From positions 1 through 64,000 of the IMG/VR virus record IMGVR_UViG_3300037189_022865: DNA of 64,000 bases. The stretch is one strand, 5' to 3'. This DNA comes from a virus. This document shows positions 1 through 10,041 of the stretch, piece by piece (position 1 is the stretch's first letter; each line of letters starts with the position of its first letter). The position numbers and the translations under genes are program-made. The notes beneath the pieces are model-generated. The model was not told where the DNA came from. It did no database searches and saw only the letters and a list, made by a program, of their open reading frames with translations.

Positions 1-672
1 AGTTTTTTGCTCCATCATTTGTTTTTGACGTTCCTGCTGAATCTTAGCTTCTTGAATCATACCATACTTCTTCTGTTCTTGTAAGGAAAGAAGTTCTCTA
101 TAAGACTCGGCAGCTTCAGAAGCCAATTCATCTTCATCTTCTGCTATTCTTGAAACTATTTTATTTATCTTTTCATCCGGATAATTAGATGTTTCTCTTA
201 ATGCTAAATACACGGCTCTTCTTTGTCCTTCTGTTGTTGATATATCAACAGTTGCAAGAGGGTCTTGCGTGTACATATTCATAAAGTCAACTACAGAATT
301 TCCACCATTAGCTACATATTCTAACACAGGTTTAAAATCATCTGGAAGACTATTAAAGATTGTCTCTAGTGCTTCTTGTTGACGCTTTTGTTTTGTGTAT
401 TGAAATACTTGCTGAAGTTGATCTGGTGTACCCTTAAAATCAAACTCTTCAGGAATATCTACAAGTTCATTTTGCTGTAGAAAATCTATGTAAGCTTGTA
501 GCTTATCATCTACTTCTTCAGATGGTTCTTGTGGAGGTTCCGAAGGGGACTGGGGCTCTTCATTAACTGGAGTTTCTTCGTTTTCCTGTTCTATTTCAGT
601 AGGTTCTTCAGTAGTTTGTGCTTTAGTGTCTCCAAACATTGAGGAGAAAAAGTCATCGTTTTCGTTTATCAT
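1..672 (-). CDS. Acidic putative scaffold/head protein downstream of portal (runs off window start)
   Basis: Manual translation from ATG 672: MINENDDFFSSMFGDTK..., E/P-rich N-terminus, open to the window edge; this position after the portal is typical of crAss-like head modules. Confidence 0.65.
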   Translation of the reverse strand, partial: MINENDDFFSSMFGDTKAQTTEEPTEIEQENEETPVNEEPQSPSEPPQEPSEEVDDKLQAYIDFLQQNELVDIPEEFDFKGTPDQLQQVFQYTKQKRQQEALETIFNSLPDDFKPVLEYVANGGNSVVDFMNMYTQDPLATVDISTTEGQRRAVYLALRETSNYPDEKINKIVSRIAEDEDELASEAAESYRELLSLQEQKKYGMIQEAKIQQERQKQMMEQKT

Positions 673-746
673 GTAAAATTACTATGTTTATTATTGTGCA
701 ACAAAAGACTTAGTTAAAAATCGTTTTTATTTATATAGCCAAGTTA

Positions 747-3167
747 CTATTTGGATGATTTTCTAGCTTTTATTTTAAGGTCTTTCTCTTTTAGGTCTGA
801 TTCTTTTTCAAATTTCTTTTCAGCTAAATCAAGTTCTCTCTCACGTAGATTTTGATCCGAAATAAATTTCTGTATCTCGAGTGGATCAGGAATACCGTTA
901 TTATCTATATCAATATCCTTTTGGAATTTAAATACTTCTATCTGAGCTAAACGTTCTTTATGTTCAAAGAGCCTGTCTTGCATCATTATATCAAACTGTT
1001 GTTGAGCTTGTTGCTGCTGTTGGGCTGCTTCTATTTGCTGCTGTTGAGATTGTTGTTCCCGCTTAAAGGTTTCTTCTTCAGACTGTCTGATAGCCGCTTT
1101 AAGTTCGGCAGAAGAATTCGCTTCGTAAAGAGTAATAAGATCAGAGAATGTAGCGCGATTTGTATTAAGTAGGCCATCAGATATACTTTTAAGAGCTGAG
1201 AACATTTCGTATTCTTTGCCAGAGTCTGTAAGGAAAACACCTAGGTCGCAATTAGAAACATCTTCTGGAGAAAGTTCAAGTGTAGAAAGAGACATATCAT
1301 CTAACACGTACTGCTTAATAATCGACTTACCTTTCCAAACGTGCTGAGCAACATGGATAAGAGCAGTTAATGCTTTTTCCCACATCTTGGCATGGCTTTG
1401 GAAGTATATCTCAGTAATAAGAGCTGACATTTGTATATTACTCTGAGCATTTGATACAGCTTCAGTTGGAGTAGTTTGTCCTTCTCTTTGTCTAGATACA
1501 CCGGCTACTTCAGAGATCTGGTTATCAAGAGCTGCAAGTATATTAATGTAGTTCATTATATACTGCATATTCGACATATCTGTTTCTGAAGCTATCTTAC
1601 CTCTTTGAGCTTGTCCTGGTTCATCCGCATTTGCAAGAGGATTGAATATATCAAGGTTCATTTCCTTAAGATAATAGAGTGTTTTCTCTATACCAATTTT
1701 TGGATCAACCATAGATACATCAAAGTGGAATACCTTACCTTGATCTTGAGCAATGAGCTTTTTAAGCTTATGCATTACTATAAAGTAAAGATACTGAAAA
1801 GGTTTCATTCTATCCATCAAGGAAACAGACTCAGCATTTGTAGCATTATAAACTATGCCATGATATCCTAAGGAAACATCATAAGGATCGTCCATAGATC
1901 TAAACTGAACTTCTTTAGGGCCAACCATAGTGTAAATATCGTGACCTATTTTAGTAGCGGTCCATACCTCTGGAATATAATCCCAATTAAGTTTATATAC
2001 GGAATCTTCTAATTTCCAAATGTAGTACTCAGTCTTTACACCATATCTACCACGAACTATTTCTTTGGTAAACTCAGTGGGGATTTCAAAGTCCTCAGAA
2101 ACAATAGTAGTTTCTTCTTCACCATACTCATTAAACATAGTAAGAAATCCTACTTTTCTTTGGGATACCCATTCAACGTGTGATACACGCACGTCCGTGT
2201 GCGAGCTTTTTCCATAAGATCCTTGGGTAGTTGTATAAGTATCGTGATAGACTGGATCATAAGGAAGATTACCATACTTGGCGTTTTGCTCCATAGAAAA
2301 TTCTCTAAGTGCATTTGTATCACCAAAAGCAGTATCTATCTTCTCAATATCTTCTTGAGATAAATACTTTCCATAACGATCTAGTACCTCTGCTTGCGTC
2401 ATAAATGTAGTATAACCAGCGTAAAGAGATTTTTGAATCCACTTTGTTTCTCCACTCTTATGGTAGAAAAATCCTAGTGGATTAATAACTTCAATATGTG
2501 GTTCATCTCCATTAGTACCTACATAAACTACTTCTTCTCCAGATATAAGGGCATGCTTAAAAGCATCGGTCTTAATATCTTTTATATCCATTTTACGATA
2601 AAGATACTGAAGAATATTTTGAGCAAGTATTTCTCTCCTTTCACGATAAGAATACCTCATATATTTATCAAGATCTTTTGGATTAATGATATGCTCTTGA
2701 TGAACTTCTAAGAGCTCTGGGGAATAAATGTCAGAGAGAGAAGAGATTGTTTGTTTTATTACAGAATCAATATAATTACGAAGCATTGCATCTCTTTGGG
2801 AGAGCTTTGAACGAACTCCTTCTGCGTTTACTAATATTGTCCTAAAGTTAAAGGGCCTTTTAGATTCATCAGAAAGAAGTATTTGTATTTTATTATAAGT
2901 CTTATTGTAGGGTTGTATAGCGTCTTTAAATTGACCTACATCAAGTCCTAATGGGTTACACTCTCTTTCAAAATCAAACTGGTTTAGCTGATTATTGTAA
3001 AGTTGGTAATTTGATAATTTTCTTTGGTAGGAAGAGTTATACTTATTCACAACTCCTTCATCTTGAGGAGAGTATGACAGTATAGAATCTACCACATCCT
3101 TTGCCCACTTAAAGTTACTAGAAGCTTTACGTGAATAAGGAAGGCGTTGTTTTGGGAAGTTGTACAT
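747..3167 (-). CDS. Portal protein (crAss-like)
   Basis: 806 aa, begins FPKQRLP..K, has a C-terminal Q-rich coil and DIDNNGIPD; directly downstream of TerL; no in-frame TGA. Confidence 0.85.
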   Translation of the reverse strand: MYNFPKQRLPYSRKASSNFKWAKDVVDSILSYSPQDEGVVNKYNSSYQRKLSNYQLYNNQLNQFDFERECNPLGLDVGQFKDAIQPYNKTYNKIQILLSDESKRPFNFRTILVNAEGVRSKLSQRDAMLRNYIDSVIKQTISSLSDIYSPELLEVHQEHIINPKDLDKYMRYSYRERREILAQNILQYLYRKMDIKDIKTDAFKHALISGEEVVYVGTNGDEPHIEVINPLGFFYHKSGETKWIQKSLYAGYTTFMTQAEVLDRYGKYLSQEDIEKIDTAFGDTNALREFSMEQNAKYGNLPYDPVYHDTYTTTQGSYGKSSHTDVRVSHVEWVSQRKVGFLTMFNEYGEEETTIVSEDFEIPTEFTKEIVRGRYGVKTEYYIWKLEDSVYKLNWDYIPEVWTATKIGHDIYTMVGPKEVQFRSMDDPYDVSLGYHGIVYNATNAESVSLMDRMKPFQYLYFIVMHKLKKLIAQDQGKVFHFDVSMVDPKIGIEKTLYYLKEMNLDIFNPLANADEPGQAQRGKIASETDMSNMQYIMNYINILAALDNQISEVAGVSRQREGQTTPTEAVSNAQSNIQMSALITEIYFQSHAKMWEKALTALIHVAQHVWKGKSIIKQYVLDDMSLSTLELSPEDVSNCDLGVFLTDSGKEYEMFSALKSISDGLLNTNRATFSDLITLYEANSSAELKAAIRQSEEETFKREQQSQQQQIEAAQQQQQAQQQFDIMMQDRLFEHKERLAQIEVFKFQKDIDIDNNGIPDPLEIQKFISDQNLRERELDLAEKKFEKESDLKEKDLKIKARKSSK

Positions 3168-5367
3168 TGAATAGTCTGGTGTTGTTTACAAATAACCTAT
3201 CAAAGTCTTTCTCAAATTGAGAAAGCTCCTTATCGGTTATGGATTTTTTGCGACTAAGATTGGATATTTCTTCTAGACCTAAAACACATCCTATTAACGA
3301 AGATACCCTATCAAAGTTGCCATCGAGGTTATAAGAGATTAATTCTTGTAATAATCCTATATCGGGTATTACATCTAAATTGCGTCTATTATCTCCTCTT
3401 TCTTCTAAGAGGAAAGAACGAACATATTGAAGTGCTTCTCATTTAACTTTATCGTTTGATAGGGGGTAACCATAAATAATCTGGGGCCCTGTATCATAAG
3501 AAGCTTTTTTATTAAAAATAGTAACTGGTTGTCTAGCCAAAAGATCTAGACGGCGTATTTTATCAAAATAATCTTTTACGTTACCTACGTTATTCTCAAA
3601 GTATATTTTAGCATTACCATAAAACAAGGAGAGTTTGTATAACGTCTCATTAACTTGATTTTTACCTAAGTAAGGTCTACCTATATATGTAGCAACTATT
3701 TCTGAATATCCAACAGTGGAAGGATACTTGTTAGTCTTCATAACATAGACGGCAGCTAAAGATCCACCAGTTGAAGTATCATCTTTATAAGGGTCACAAC
3801 CTATTATATAAGCTCCTTCTGGAACATGATCATCTACTAGTTTTGGGAATTCGTATATCATAACCGCTCCTTCTACATCATCTCCTTCGTAAGGAAATCT
3901 TGTTATAGCAGTTAGTTTAGTATTTATTTCATAACTAACTCCATTATAAACTTTAGCGGCGGGATCAAAAAACAGAGTCACTTTATTAGAGTAATCCTCC
4001 ATCTTTTGAGATTGCACTTCTGAAAGACGTCTTCTAAGTTCTGCTGTTGGGAATATATTAGCAGTCTTGGTTAAGAACATTTCTGAAGGAACTATTGGAC
4101 GATATTGAAGCTCTTTATTTAAAGCTTCGGAACCACCTGAATCTCCAGCTTTTTGTTTTCTAACCTGAAGAAGGGCTTTTTTAGCTGCCTCTTCATTTGT
4201 AACTCAGTTCTCATCTTTATACTCATTAAGAACTTGGTAAGCTGGTAGAAAGTATCCTATTTGACCCCTATGCTCCCATATATCTTCAAACGTTAAGATA
4301 TCATATCTGTTAGGTTCGTAAAACATTTCAGAAGCATCAATAGTTCCTTTCTCCATATCACCACCAGTACCAATCATCATAAGCATACCTGTTTTCCTAA
4401 GACCGTTACGAAGGTTATCCACCGTATTTGTATAAACCTGTTTTAAGTTGGAGAACATACCTATCTCTTCTAATACTAAAAGAAGAGGTCGAGTACCTTG
4501 AGCTGCAAATGGGTTAGCAGAAAAAGACCTATGCTTAATAGATGACTTAGATCCCGCAATTATCCAAGCTCCATTCTCACGTTTTTTATACTCAGCAACT
4601 ATCTCTTTATTAACATCCCAAGATCCCCTGAATCTTTTAGAAAAAGGAGCTGGGTAGGTCCTGTCAAAAGTAGATATCTTACCGGGAAGCCAATCAAATG
4701 CATCCCTTGTCTTTTTAAGTAGATCTGCTGATTTATCTGACTTTTCAGCACCAACTAATATCTCAGCTGGGGAGGGATACTTTATACTTTCTTCATTATA
4801 ATAAGTAGCTCCATCAAAAAGATAGTTGTGTGCTATAAGTCCCGATACCTGATAAGACTTACCAGATTCTCGAGATCCAAGAAGCATAAAATTCTGTAGA
4901 TTATTCTCAAACAGAGGAGCACCTAAGGGATAATCATAGGTTTGGAATAAAGCCTTTCGCGCGGGAATGTAAGTTTTACGAGAACCTGTGGAAGACATAG
5001 TATTTGGATAATACTTTAATAAGGTATCATCATCTATATCTGTTAAAAGTATTCTATGAGAGGAGTATTCATCATCGTCTTTAAAACCAGAGAATCCACG
5101 GGCTTCGGTGTAATAATTAAAAAAGTTATATTCTACATCCCTGAGTCAAGGTCTACCAAAAGACTTTACAGATGAGTGAATAGATTTATTTAGCCTTATT
5201 GTATGGAAGTTTATATAATAGTAAAGGGCTGGGGGAACAAATGTCCCGCCAGCCCAGTAACCTTCGATACAACGCCGTTTCTGTTCGCGTCAAAATGTTT
5301 TATAATCTATTGATAGAGGATGATACTCAGGGACTTCTTTTATTATAAAGTCTCTGTTATTGAACAT
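3127..5367 (-). CDS. terL: Terminase large subunit, 746 aa, with 4 in-frame TGA read as Trp
   Basis: Track ORFs 3439-4080 and 4204-4998 share a frame and are joined by TGA at 5290, 5146, 4204 and 3439. Motifs: YKTF*REQKRRCIEGYW, Walker A GSRESGKS, Walker B LVLEEIG, nuclease IIGCDPY, C-terminal GNFDRVS. Confidence 0.92.
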
Positions 5368-6967
5368 AGTCTGGTGATGGTGGAGTATATGGGGGCGTCC
5401 TATCTACATTAACCATCGCAGTGTCAGAAAGAATTATCATATTAGCTGCAGAAACAGCATTCTTAACTGCTTGTGTAACTACCATAGTTGGATCAATAAT
5501 ACCAGCTGCTTTTAAATCTTTATACTCAAAGCTTTTAGCATCGAATCCAAAACTAGTGTCCGTGGACGCCTCTAATGTAGCAAGTACCATATCTGGGCTC
5601 TTACCCGCATTAAAAACTATACGTCTAAGTGGCTCTTTTATAGCATTAACGTATGCTTTTGTTATAGGATCATCAGTAGTTATCTTAGATGAAGCATAAA
5701 GAAGTGCAGTACCACCTCCGGGGAGATAACCTTCAACGATTGTTGCTGCAATAGCTTTAAGAGCATCTTCTACCCTATCTTTTTTCTCTTTTAATTCTGT
5801 TTCTGTAGCAGCCCCAACATTAATAATTGCTACTTTAGCTTTAAGATCCGCAAGTCTTTTCTGATACTGTTGTAAAAGATATGGATTATCAGAATCTTGG
5901 AGCATTTTAGAGTTTATTAATTGAACTCTTTGGTCAACCTTATCAGCGTTTTTATCTGGATTAATAAATACAGTCTTATCTTTAGAGATAACTACCTTTT
6001 CTGCAGACCCAAAATTAATAGGGGAAACATCAAGGGTTGCTCTAGAGGCATCTGTTGTTGTAAATATGGTAGAAGAGGTTATAGCCGCAAGATCTTGAAG
6101 CAGTTCCGCTCTATTTTCTCCATAAGAAGGAGCTTCTACAGCAACTACAGATATTCTTTGTTGTAACTTATTAATTATAAGGAGCTGTAAAGCTTGACCA
6201 TCAATAGCATCAGCAATAATAAGGAGCGGCTTTCTACGAGATGCTGCATACTCCAAAATTGGGATTACTTCATCTGTGTGTCTAAGCTTATTATCAGTAA
6301 TAAAAATAAGGGGGTTTTCTAAAACTGCTTCTCCTTTAGCGGAATCTGTAATAAAATAAGGTGAAGCATAACCTTTGGATATAGATACTCCAGGTACAGT
6401 CTCAAGATAAGTGTTACCTGTCTTAGATTCTCCCATAGACACTAAACCATCTGTACCAACATACTCATAAGCAGAAAGAATGAGGGCACCAATGTCAGAA
6501 TCATTATTAGCAGATATAGTAGCCACATCATAAATATCTTGTGGCTTAAGTTCTCCAGTAGATAACTTATTAAGCTGTACAATAGTCTGGTGTTTTAAAG
6601 TCTCAAAGACTCTTTTAATTTCTATGGGTTGATAACCAACAGAAATAAGTTTAAATGCCTCTTGTACTAAAGCCGAAGCAATAACAGTTGAGGTAGTAGT
6701 ACCATCTCCAGCAGTAGAAGCAGTTTTAGCAGCAGCTTGCTTAAGAATATCCACAGCTAAGTTCTCAACTGGATCTTCTAAAGCTATATGTTTAGCAACT
6801 GTTACACCATCTTTAGTTACAGTAGTTGCTCCATAGGGAGTTTCGATTATTACATTCTTACCCATTGGTCCTAATGTAGATCCAACAGCATTAGAAATTT
6901 TTTCTACACCTTTAAGTAATTTTTCTCTTGTTTCTTCTTTAAACGTAACTTGTTTAGTTGGCGTCAT
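5357..6967 (-). CDS. groEL: Chaperonin GroEL
   Basis: TLGPMGKNV, TKDGVTVAK, AGDGTTT, GGGTAL and GIIDP motifs. Confidence 0.97.
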   Translation of the reverse strand: MTPTKQVTFKEETREKLLKGVEKISNAVGSTLGPMGKNVIIETPYGATTVTKDGVTVAKHIALEDPVENLAVDILKQAAAKTASTAGDGTTTSTVIASALVQEAFKLISVGYQPIEIKRVFETLKHQTIVQLNKLSTGELKPQDIYDVATISANNDSDIGALILSAYEYVGTDGLVSMGESKTGNTYLETVPGVSISKGYASPYFITDSAKGEAVLENPLIFITDNKLRHTDEVIPILEYAASRRKPLLIIADAIDGQALQLLIINKLQQRISVVAVEAPSYGENRAELLQDLAAITSSTIFTTTDASRATLDVSPINFGSAEKVVISKDKTVFINPDKNADKVDQRVQLINSKMLQDSDNPYLLQQYQKRLADLKAKVAIINVGAATETELKEKKDRVEDALKAIAATIVEGYLPGGGTALLYASSKITTDDPITKAYVNAIKEPLRRIVFNAGKSPDMVLATLEASTDTSFGFDAKSFEYKDLKAAGIIDPTMVVTQAVKNAVSAANMIILSDTAMVNVDRTPPYTPPSPDYVQ

Positions 6968-7184
6968 TTTGTAAATCTTTTAATTTGTCCAAATTAAGGG
7001 GTGAATTTTTATACCAAGTATTAGGATGATGATTCTTAACGTGAGTAAGTAAGTTCATCTTTAAATTAGATGTCATAGAATCAACATAAGTATCCATTTT
7101 ATGGAATTCATCCTGTGGTATTGTTACAGAAAGCTCTTGCTCGTATGGCCAAAGCTCATATTTAATTGATACTTTGATCTTCAT
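6954..7184 (-). CDS. Hypothetical protein
   Basis: ORF in operon; ATG 7184 preferred because it avoids overlap with the upstream small ORF. Confidence 0.55.
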   Translation of the reverse strand: MKIKVSIKYELWPYEQELSVTIPQDEFHKMDTYVDSMTSNLKMNLLTHVKNHHPNTWYKNSPLNLDKLKDLQNDAN

Positions 7185-7191
7185 TTTGAGT

Positions 7192-7329
7192 TTAGTTAAC
7201 TCTATAGAGCCAATTTGCAATATCTGCGTCGTGCACAGCGTCTTTTTGTGTAACCATATTCATTCTGTACTCAGAAAGAAGATAATTACCAAAGTCTATG
7301 AGTTCAGTAAGTGTAAATTTATTTTCCAT
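7192..7329 (-). CDS. Small hypothetical protein, 45 aa (not in ORF track)
   Basis: MENKFTLTELIDFGNYLLSEYR...VHDADIANW; start overlaps the previous stop (TAATG). Confidence 0.6.
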   Translation of the reverse strand: MENKFTLTELIDFGNYLLSEYRMNMVTQKDAVHDADIANWLYRVN

Positions 7330-7628
7330 TATATACTTGTGTCTAAGGTTGGTTTTGGTGGCGTATCATTTTCTATACTTATACCACCATCGTTATCAGG
7401 ATTGATCATTTTAAGTAGATTTTCTGCTTGTACTTTAAGATAATAAGTATTACCATCCGTAGTAGAGATAGCAGAATATCTTTTTAAGTCATCTGGAACG
7501 TCTGTGTCTTTTACAATCTTTCTAATAGTAACTATTTGAGACGTATTTATCCATATTGGTATTTCAAAAAAGGAATTCTCTTCTAAAGAATCCCCTTCAG
7601 CCATTAATAGTGAAGTTTTTATCCACAT
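7329..7628 (-). CDS. Hypothetical protein
   Basis: 99-aa ORF with A-rich leader, co-oriented with the operon. Confidence 0.6.
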   Translation of the reverse strand: MWIKTSLLMAEGDSLEENSFFEIPIWINTSQIVTIRKIVKDTDVPDDLKRYSAISTTDGNTYYLKVQAENLLKMINPDNDGGISIENDTPPKPTLDTSI

Positions 7629-7643
7629 AAAATTAAGTTTTAG

Positions 7644-7736
7644 CGAGGGCTGAGGGAATCGAACCCCCGCACGCCTTTTGGAAGGGCGTGTTCAGCGATT
7701 TTGAAGATCGGTTAGTACCCAGCTACTGTAGCCCCC
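7644..7736 (-). tRNA. tRNA with UCA anticodon (opal suppressor candidate), type II long variable arm
   Basis: Acceptor GGGGGCT/AGCCCTC plus G73; D stem AGTA/TACT; anticodon arm CGAT-CTTCAAA-ATCG (anticodon 7702-7704); variable stem CACGCC/GGCGTG; T arm GGGGG-TTCGATT-CCCTC; CCA not encoded. Confidence 0.88.
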
Positions 7737-7741
7737 GTAAA

Positions 7742-7839
7742 GCCGCTATGGAAGTTCCCTGAATCTTACGACTAGGGAACCGGGTCCATAAACGACTGTT
7801 ATCAGTTTTTCCCGCTGTAATTTAAATACTAGGGCGGGA
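7742..7839 (-). ncRNA. Structured RNA candidate between thyX and tRNA(UCA)
   Basis: Hairpin TCCCGC..GCGGGA and a long interrupted hairpin GTCGT-TATGGA-GTTCCCT-AGTC(GTAA)GATT-AGGGAAC-TCCATA-GCGGC. Confidence 0.4.
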
Positions 7840-7894
7840 CCCTGTATCCTTCTCTTTTCTGGCAAAAGTTAAAATGAAGGCTTCTATACCACGA

Positions 7895-8608
7895 CTACCC
7901 AATAAGTTCAGGTTTATCAAATCCCCATGCTTCTAATGTAGCTTTAAAAGGAGCGTTTTCTAAATTATAAACTATGGAGAGCATTTCTCTAGCAATTTCT
8001 CTTATCTCTTTTTGAGCGTGATCATCCATCCTTTGATTAATAAAATTATGAAATGACCGCATATTAAACATAACATCCGCTGTTATCTGCGAATTATAAG
8101 TCTTAAAAAATCTAGCTGTTTCTTTAGCTCTTTTTCTACCAAGAACTGGTGTAAGTTCTTTAACAGCTTCATGATAATAAACATTCCCAAGTTTTGTATA
8201 CTCCTCTAGTATAGACAGAAGATCTTTATGGAATCTCTTAGACTTAACACCTTTCCAATCTTCTGGTAAATAGTATTTATCTTCTTTAAGTTCTTTATAT
8301 CTAGCTGACTCAGCATTAATAGAGGATATTCTATGCTTTAATAAATGTATGTGTGAAGCAATATCCGTAGTAACTAGGAAATGAACAATTCCCTTCTCAA
8401 ACGGAGATCCATGTGGAACTGGATGTGCATCCCAAAGCTGTTTAATTAAAGCGGGAATACGTTCTTTCTTTTCTGGAGTTAAATCTCTAGACGTAGATGT
8501 CCATGCAGAAAGAGCTATTACTTCATCTGAACCATAGTAACCTATAAGTTCAACTTTATTTGTGGAGGCGGCGGGAGTCGAACCCGCGTCTTCAGTATTA
8601 CTTTTCAT
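7895..8608 (-). CDS. thyX: Flavin-dependent thymidylate synthase
   Basis: HGSPFE, HLLKHRISSINAESARY (RHRxxS..SxR-type motif), R...HAQKEIRE. Confidence 0.93.
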   Translation of the reverse strand: MKSNTEDAGSTPAASTNKVELIGYYGSDEVIALSAWTSTSRDLTPEKKERIPALIKQLWDAHPVPHGSPFEKGIVHFLVTTDIASHIHLLKHRISSINAESARYKELKEDKYYLPEDWKGVKSKRFHKDLLSILEEYTKLGNVYYHEAVKELTPVLGRKRAKETARFFKTYNSQITADVMFNMRSFHNFINQRMDDHAQKEIREIAREMLSIVYNLENAPFKATLEAWGFDKPELIG

Positions 8609-8808
8609 TAACCTTTAAGTGTGATTTAATTTAAGCGTAAACTAATTCTAAAATTTCTACCTCTTGAGAAACGTAGCTGGTAGAGTTCTCCGGCACTATA
8701 AGTGCATCTGCGTAAGAGTTGTCATTTATTGTTATCTACTTAAGGCGTAGACGACCTTCATCACAGTTAATGTAAGCACTATATACCAAATCAATACCAG
8801 GCGCCCCC
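8563..8808 (-). ncRNA. ssrA: tmRNA (transfer-messenger RNA)
   Basis: 5' GGGGGCG pairs with 3' CGCCTCC-A giving G3:U70 Ala identity; T arm GCGGG-TTCGACT-CCCGC; tag ORF 8723-8631 after ATAAAT reads DNSYADALIVPENSTSYVSQEVEILELVYA*. Confidence 0.88.
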
Positions 8809-8830
8809 ATAATAGTGGTGAAGAACACCA

Positions 8831-9328
8831 CTAAATTTCTCCTTTTTCAGAAGCAGATTCCTCTAAATCTCCATGAGTTTTAGTTTGACGTTCTTTAGCT
8901 AACCGCTCTAAAATAGATTCATACTGATCCCATAATTTGGGAGTATTTGCAACCATCTTATCTTTAGCTTCAAAGGTATCTAAAGAATAAGGTATAGAGG
9001 AAATAAACTCATCTCTTTCATGTAGCGTCTTTTCCCATCTCATAAGAGCCCTTTCTACTTTAGTAAGTAGATTATCTTCTACAAAAGAAAGAAGATCAGA
9101 GTAGGACTCCCATGAGAAGGAAGGATCAGAGATAAGGTAATCCTTATAAATAAGTTCTTGGCGTTCTTTAGGGGAAAGCTCAAAGAACTTAGAATCAGGG
9201 TGCGCGTATAAAAATATTGCTCATAAATGTTCAGAGGGTATTTCTAAAAAATCTTTTAATAGAACTGACAACTCAGGATTAGTAGAGAAAAAATCCTTAT
9301 GTATATCAAAACTATTTAGGAGCGTCAT
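8831..9328 (-). CDS. Hypothetical protein, 165 aa, 1 in-frame TGA (possible small terminase)
   Basis: ATG 9328; TGA at 9221-9223 in SEHL*AIFLYAHPDSKF; continues in frame into track ORF 8831-9043. TerS identity is positional inference only. Confidence 0.7.
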
Positions 9329-9671
9329 TTTGAGGTTGCTTCTGTATCAGATCTTTAAACTCCTTAATAAGGGAAACAATTTCTGCAATAGTAAGCATTA
9401 GCTCTTTCCAATGGAAAAGTATAGTCATTAGATTCGGCTTACGTAATGCTTGAGGAGCAAGACGAGTCTCAATAGTTACCAATCTATTAAGTGCTTCTTG
9501 AGCAATTGCTTGCATTTGATTGGTCTGTTGTTTAGCAGTCTCAAGTTCTGCTTTAGTGTTTTCTAGTTCTAGTGCAGTTTGGTTCATCTCTAAATATATT
9601 GGTGATTCTTCTAAAGAAGAAATGTTTTCTACAACTTTAGGAGTTTTATTAGCTTTTGGTTTATTTTTCAT
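9312..9671 (-). CDS. Hypothetical coiled-coil protein
   Basis: 119-aa ORF overlapping both neighbours. Confidence 0.6.
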   Translation of the reverse strand: MKNKPKANKTPKVVENISSLEESPIYLEMNQTALELENTKAELETAKQQTNQMQAIAQEALNRLVTIETRLAPQALRKPNLMTILFHWKELMLTIAEIVSLIKEFKDLIQKQPQNDAPK

Positions 9672-10041
9672 CTTTAATAATAGCTTCTATAAGTGAAGTA
9701 GGTATAGATATATATCCATCAAAAGAAAGGATCTTTGTTGAACGATCAATAAAGAATTGATACTGGGGGGAAACAGCGTGAGTAGATACATATACCCTAT
9801 CACCTACTTGTAAATCAGTATTCTCCTTAGAAAGAAGATCTTTAGCGTGAGGAGATATAGAAACTACAGTACCTTGTGAAAGATAGGTAAGATCAGAAGC
9901 TTTAGCTTTAAGCTTACCTCCATCTGTTTCCTCATAAGTAAACTGAGGTATCAATAACCCCGATGAAGTAGTAGTGTGCTCTGGTTCCTTATCTAGGAGT
10001 ACAAGAACTCTATTACCTATAAGATTAATATTAGTTAACAT
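9661..10041 (-). CDS. groES: GroES-like co-chaperonin
   Basis: LIGNRVLV..., TSSGLLIP, GTVVSIS, LQVGDRVY match the Cpn10 pattern; ATG 10041 preferred. Confidence 0.8.
   Translation of the reverse strand: MLTNINLIGNRVLVLLDKEPEHTTTSSGLLIPQFTYEETDGGKLKAKASDLTYLSQGTVVSISPHAKDLLSKENTDLQVGDRVYVSTHAVSPQYQFFIDRSTKILSFDGYISIPTSLIEAIIKDEK

Noticed and set aside
4204-4206. TGA = Gly (code 25), suggested by YKDEN*V resembling DENG
   Set aside because: Most other sites fit Trp (F*RE, N*NS, KG*K, LR*K); one site is not enough
3127-5367. terL, polA, primase and others as pseudogenes
   Set aside because: All interruptions are in-frame TGA at Trp-like positions with no frameshifts or TAA/TAG, and a cognate tRNA(UCA) is present
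7644-7736. Canonical selC and selenoproteins
   Set aside because: 7/5 fold and 4-bp D stem differ from bacterial tRNA-Sec; TGA sites are not Cys-like; no selA/selB/selD in the window
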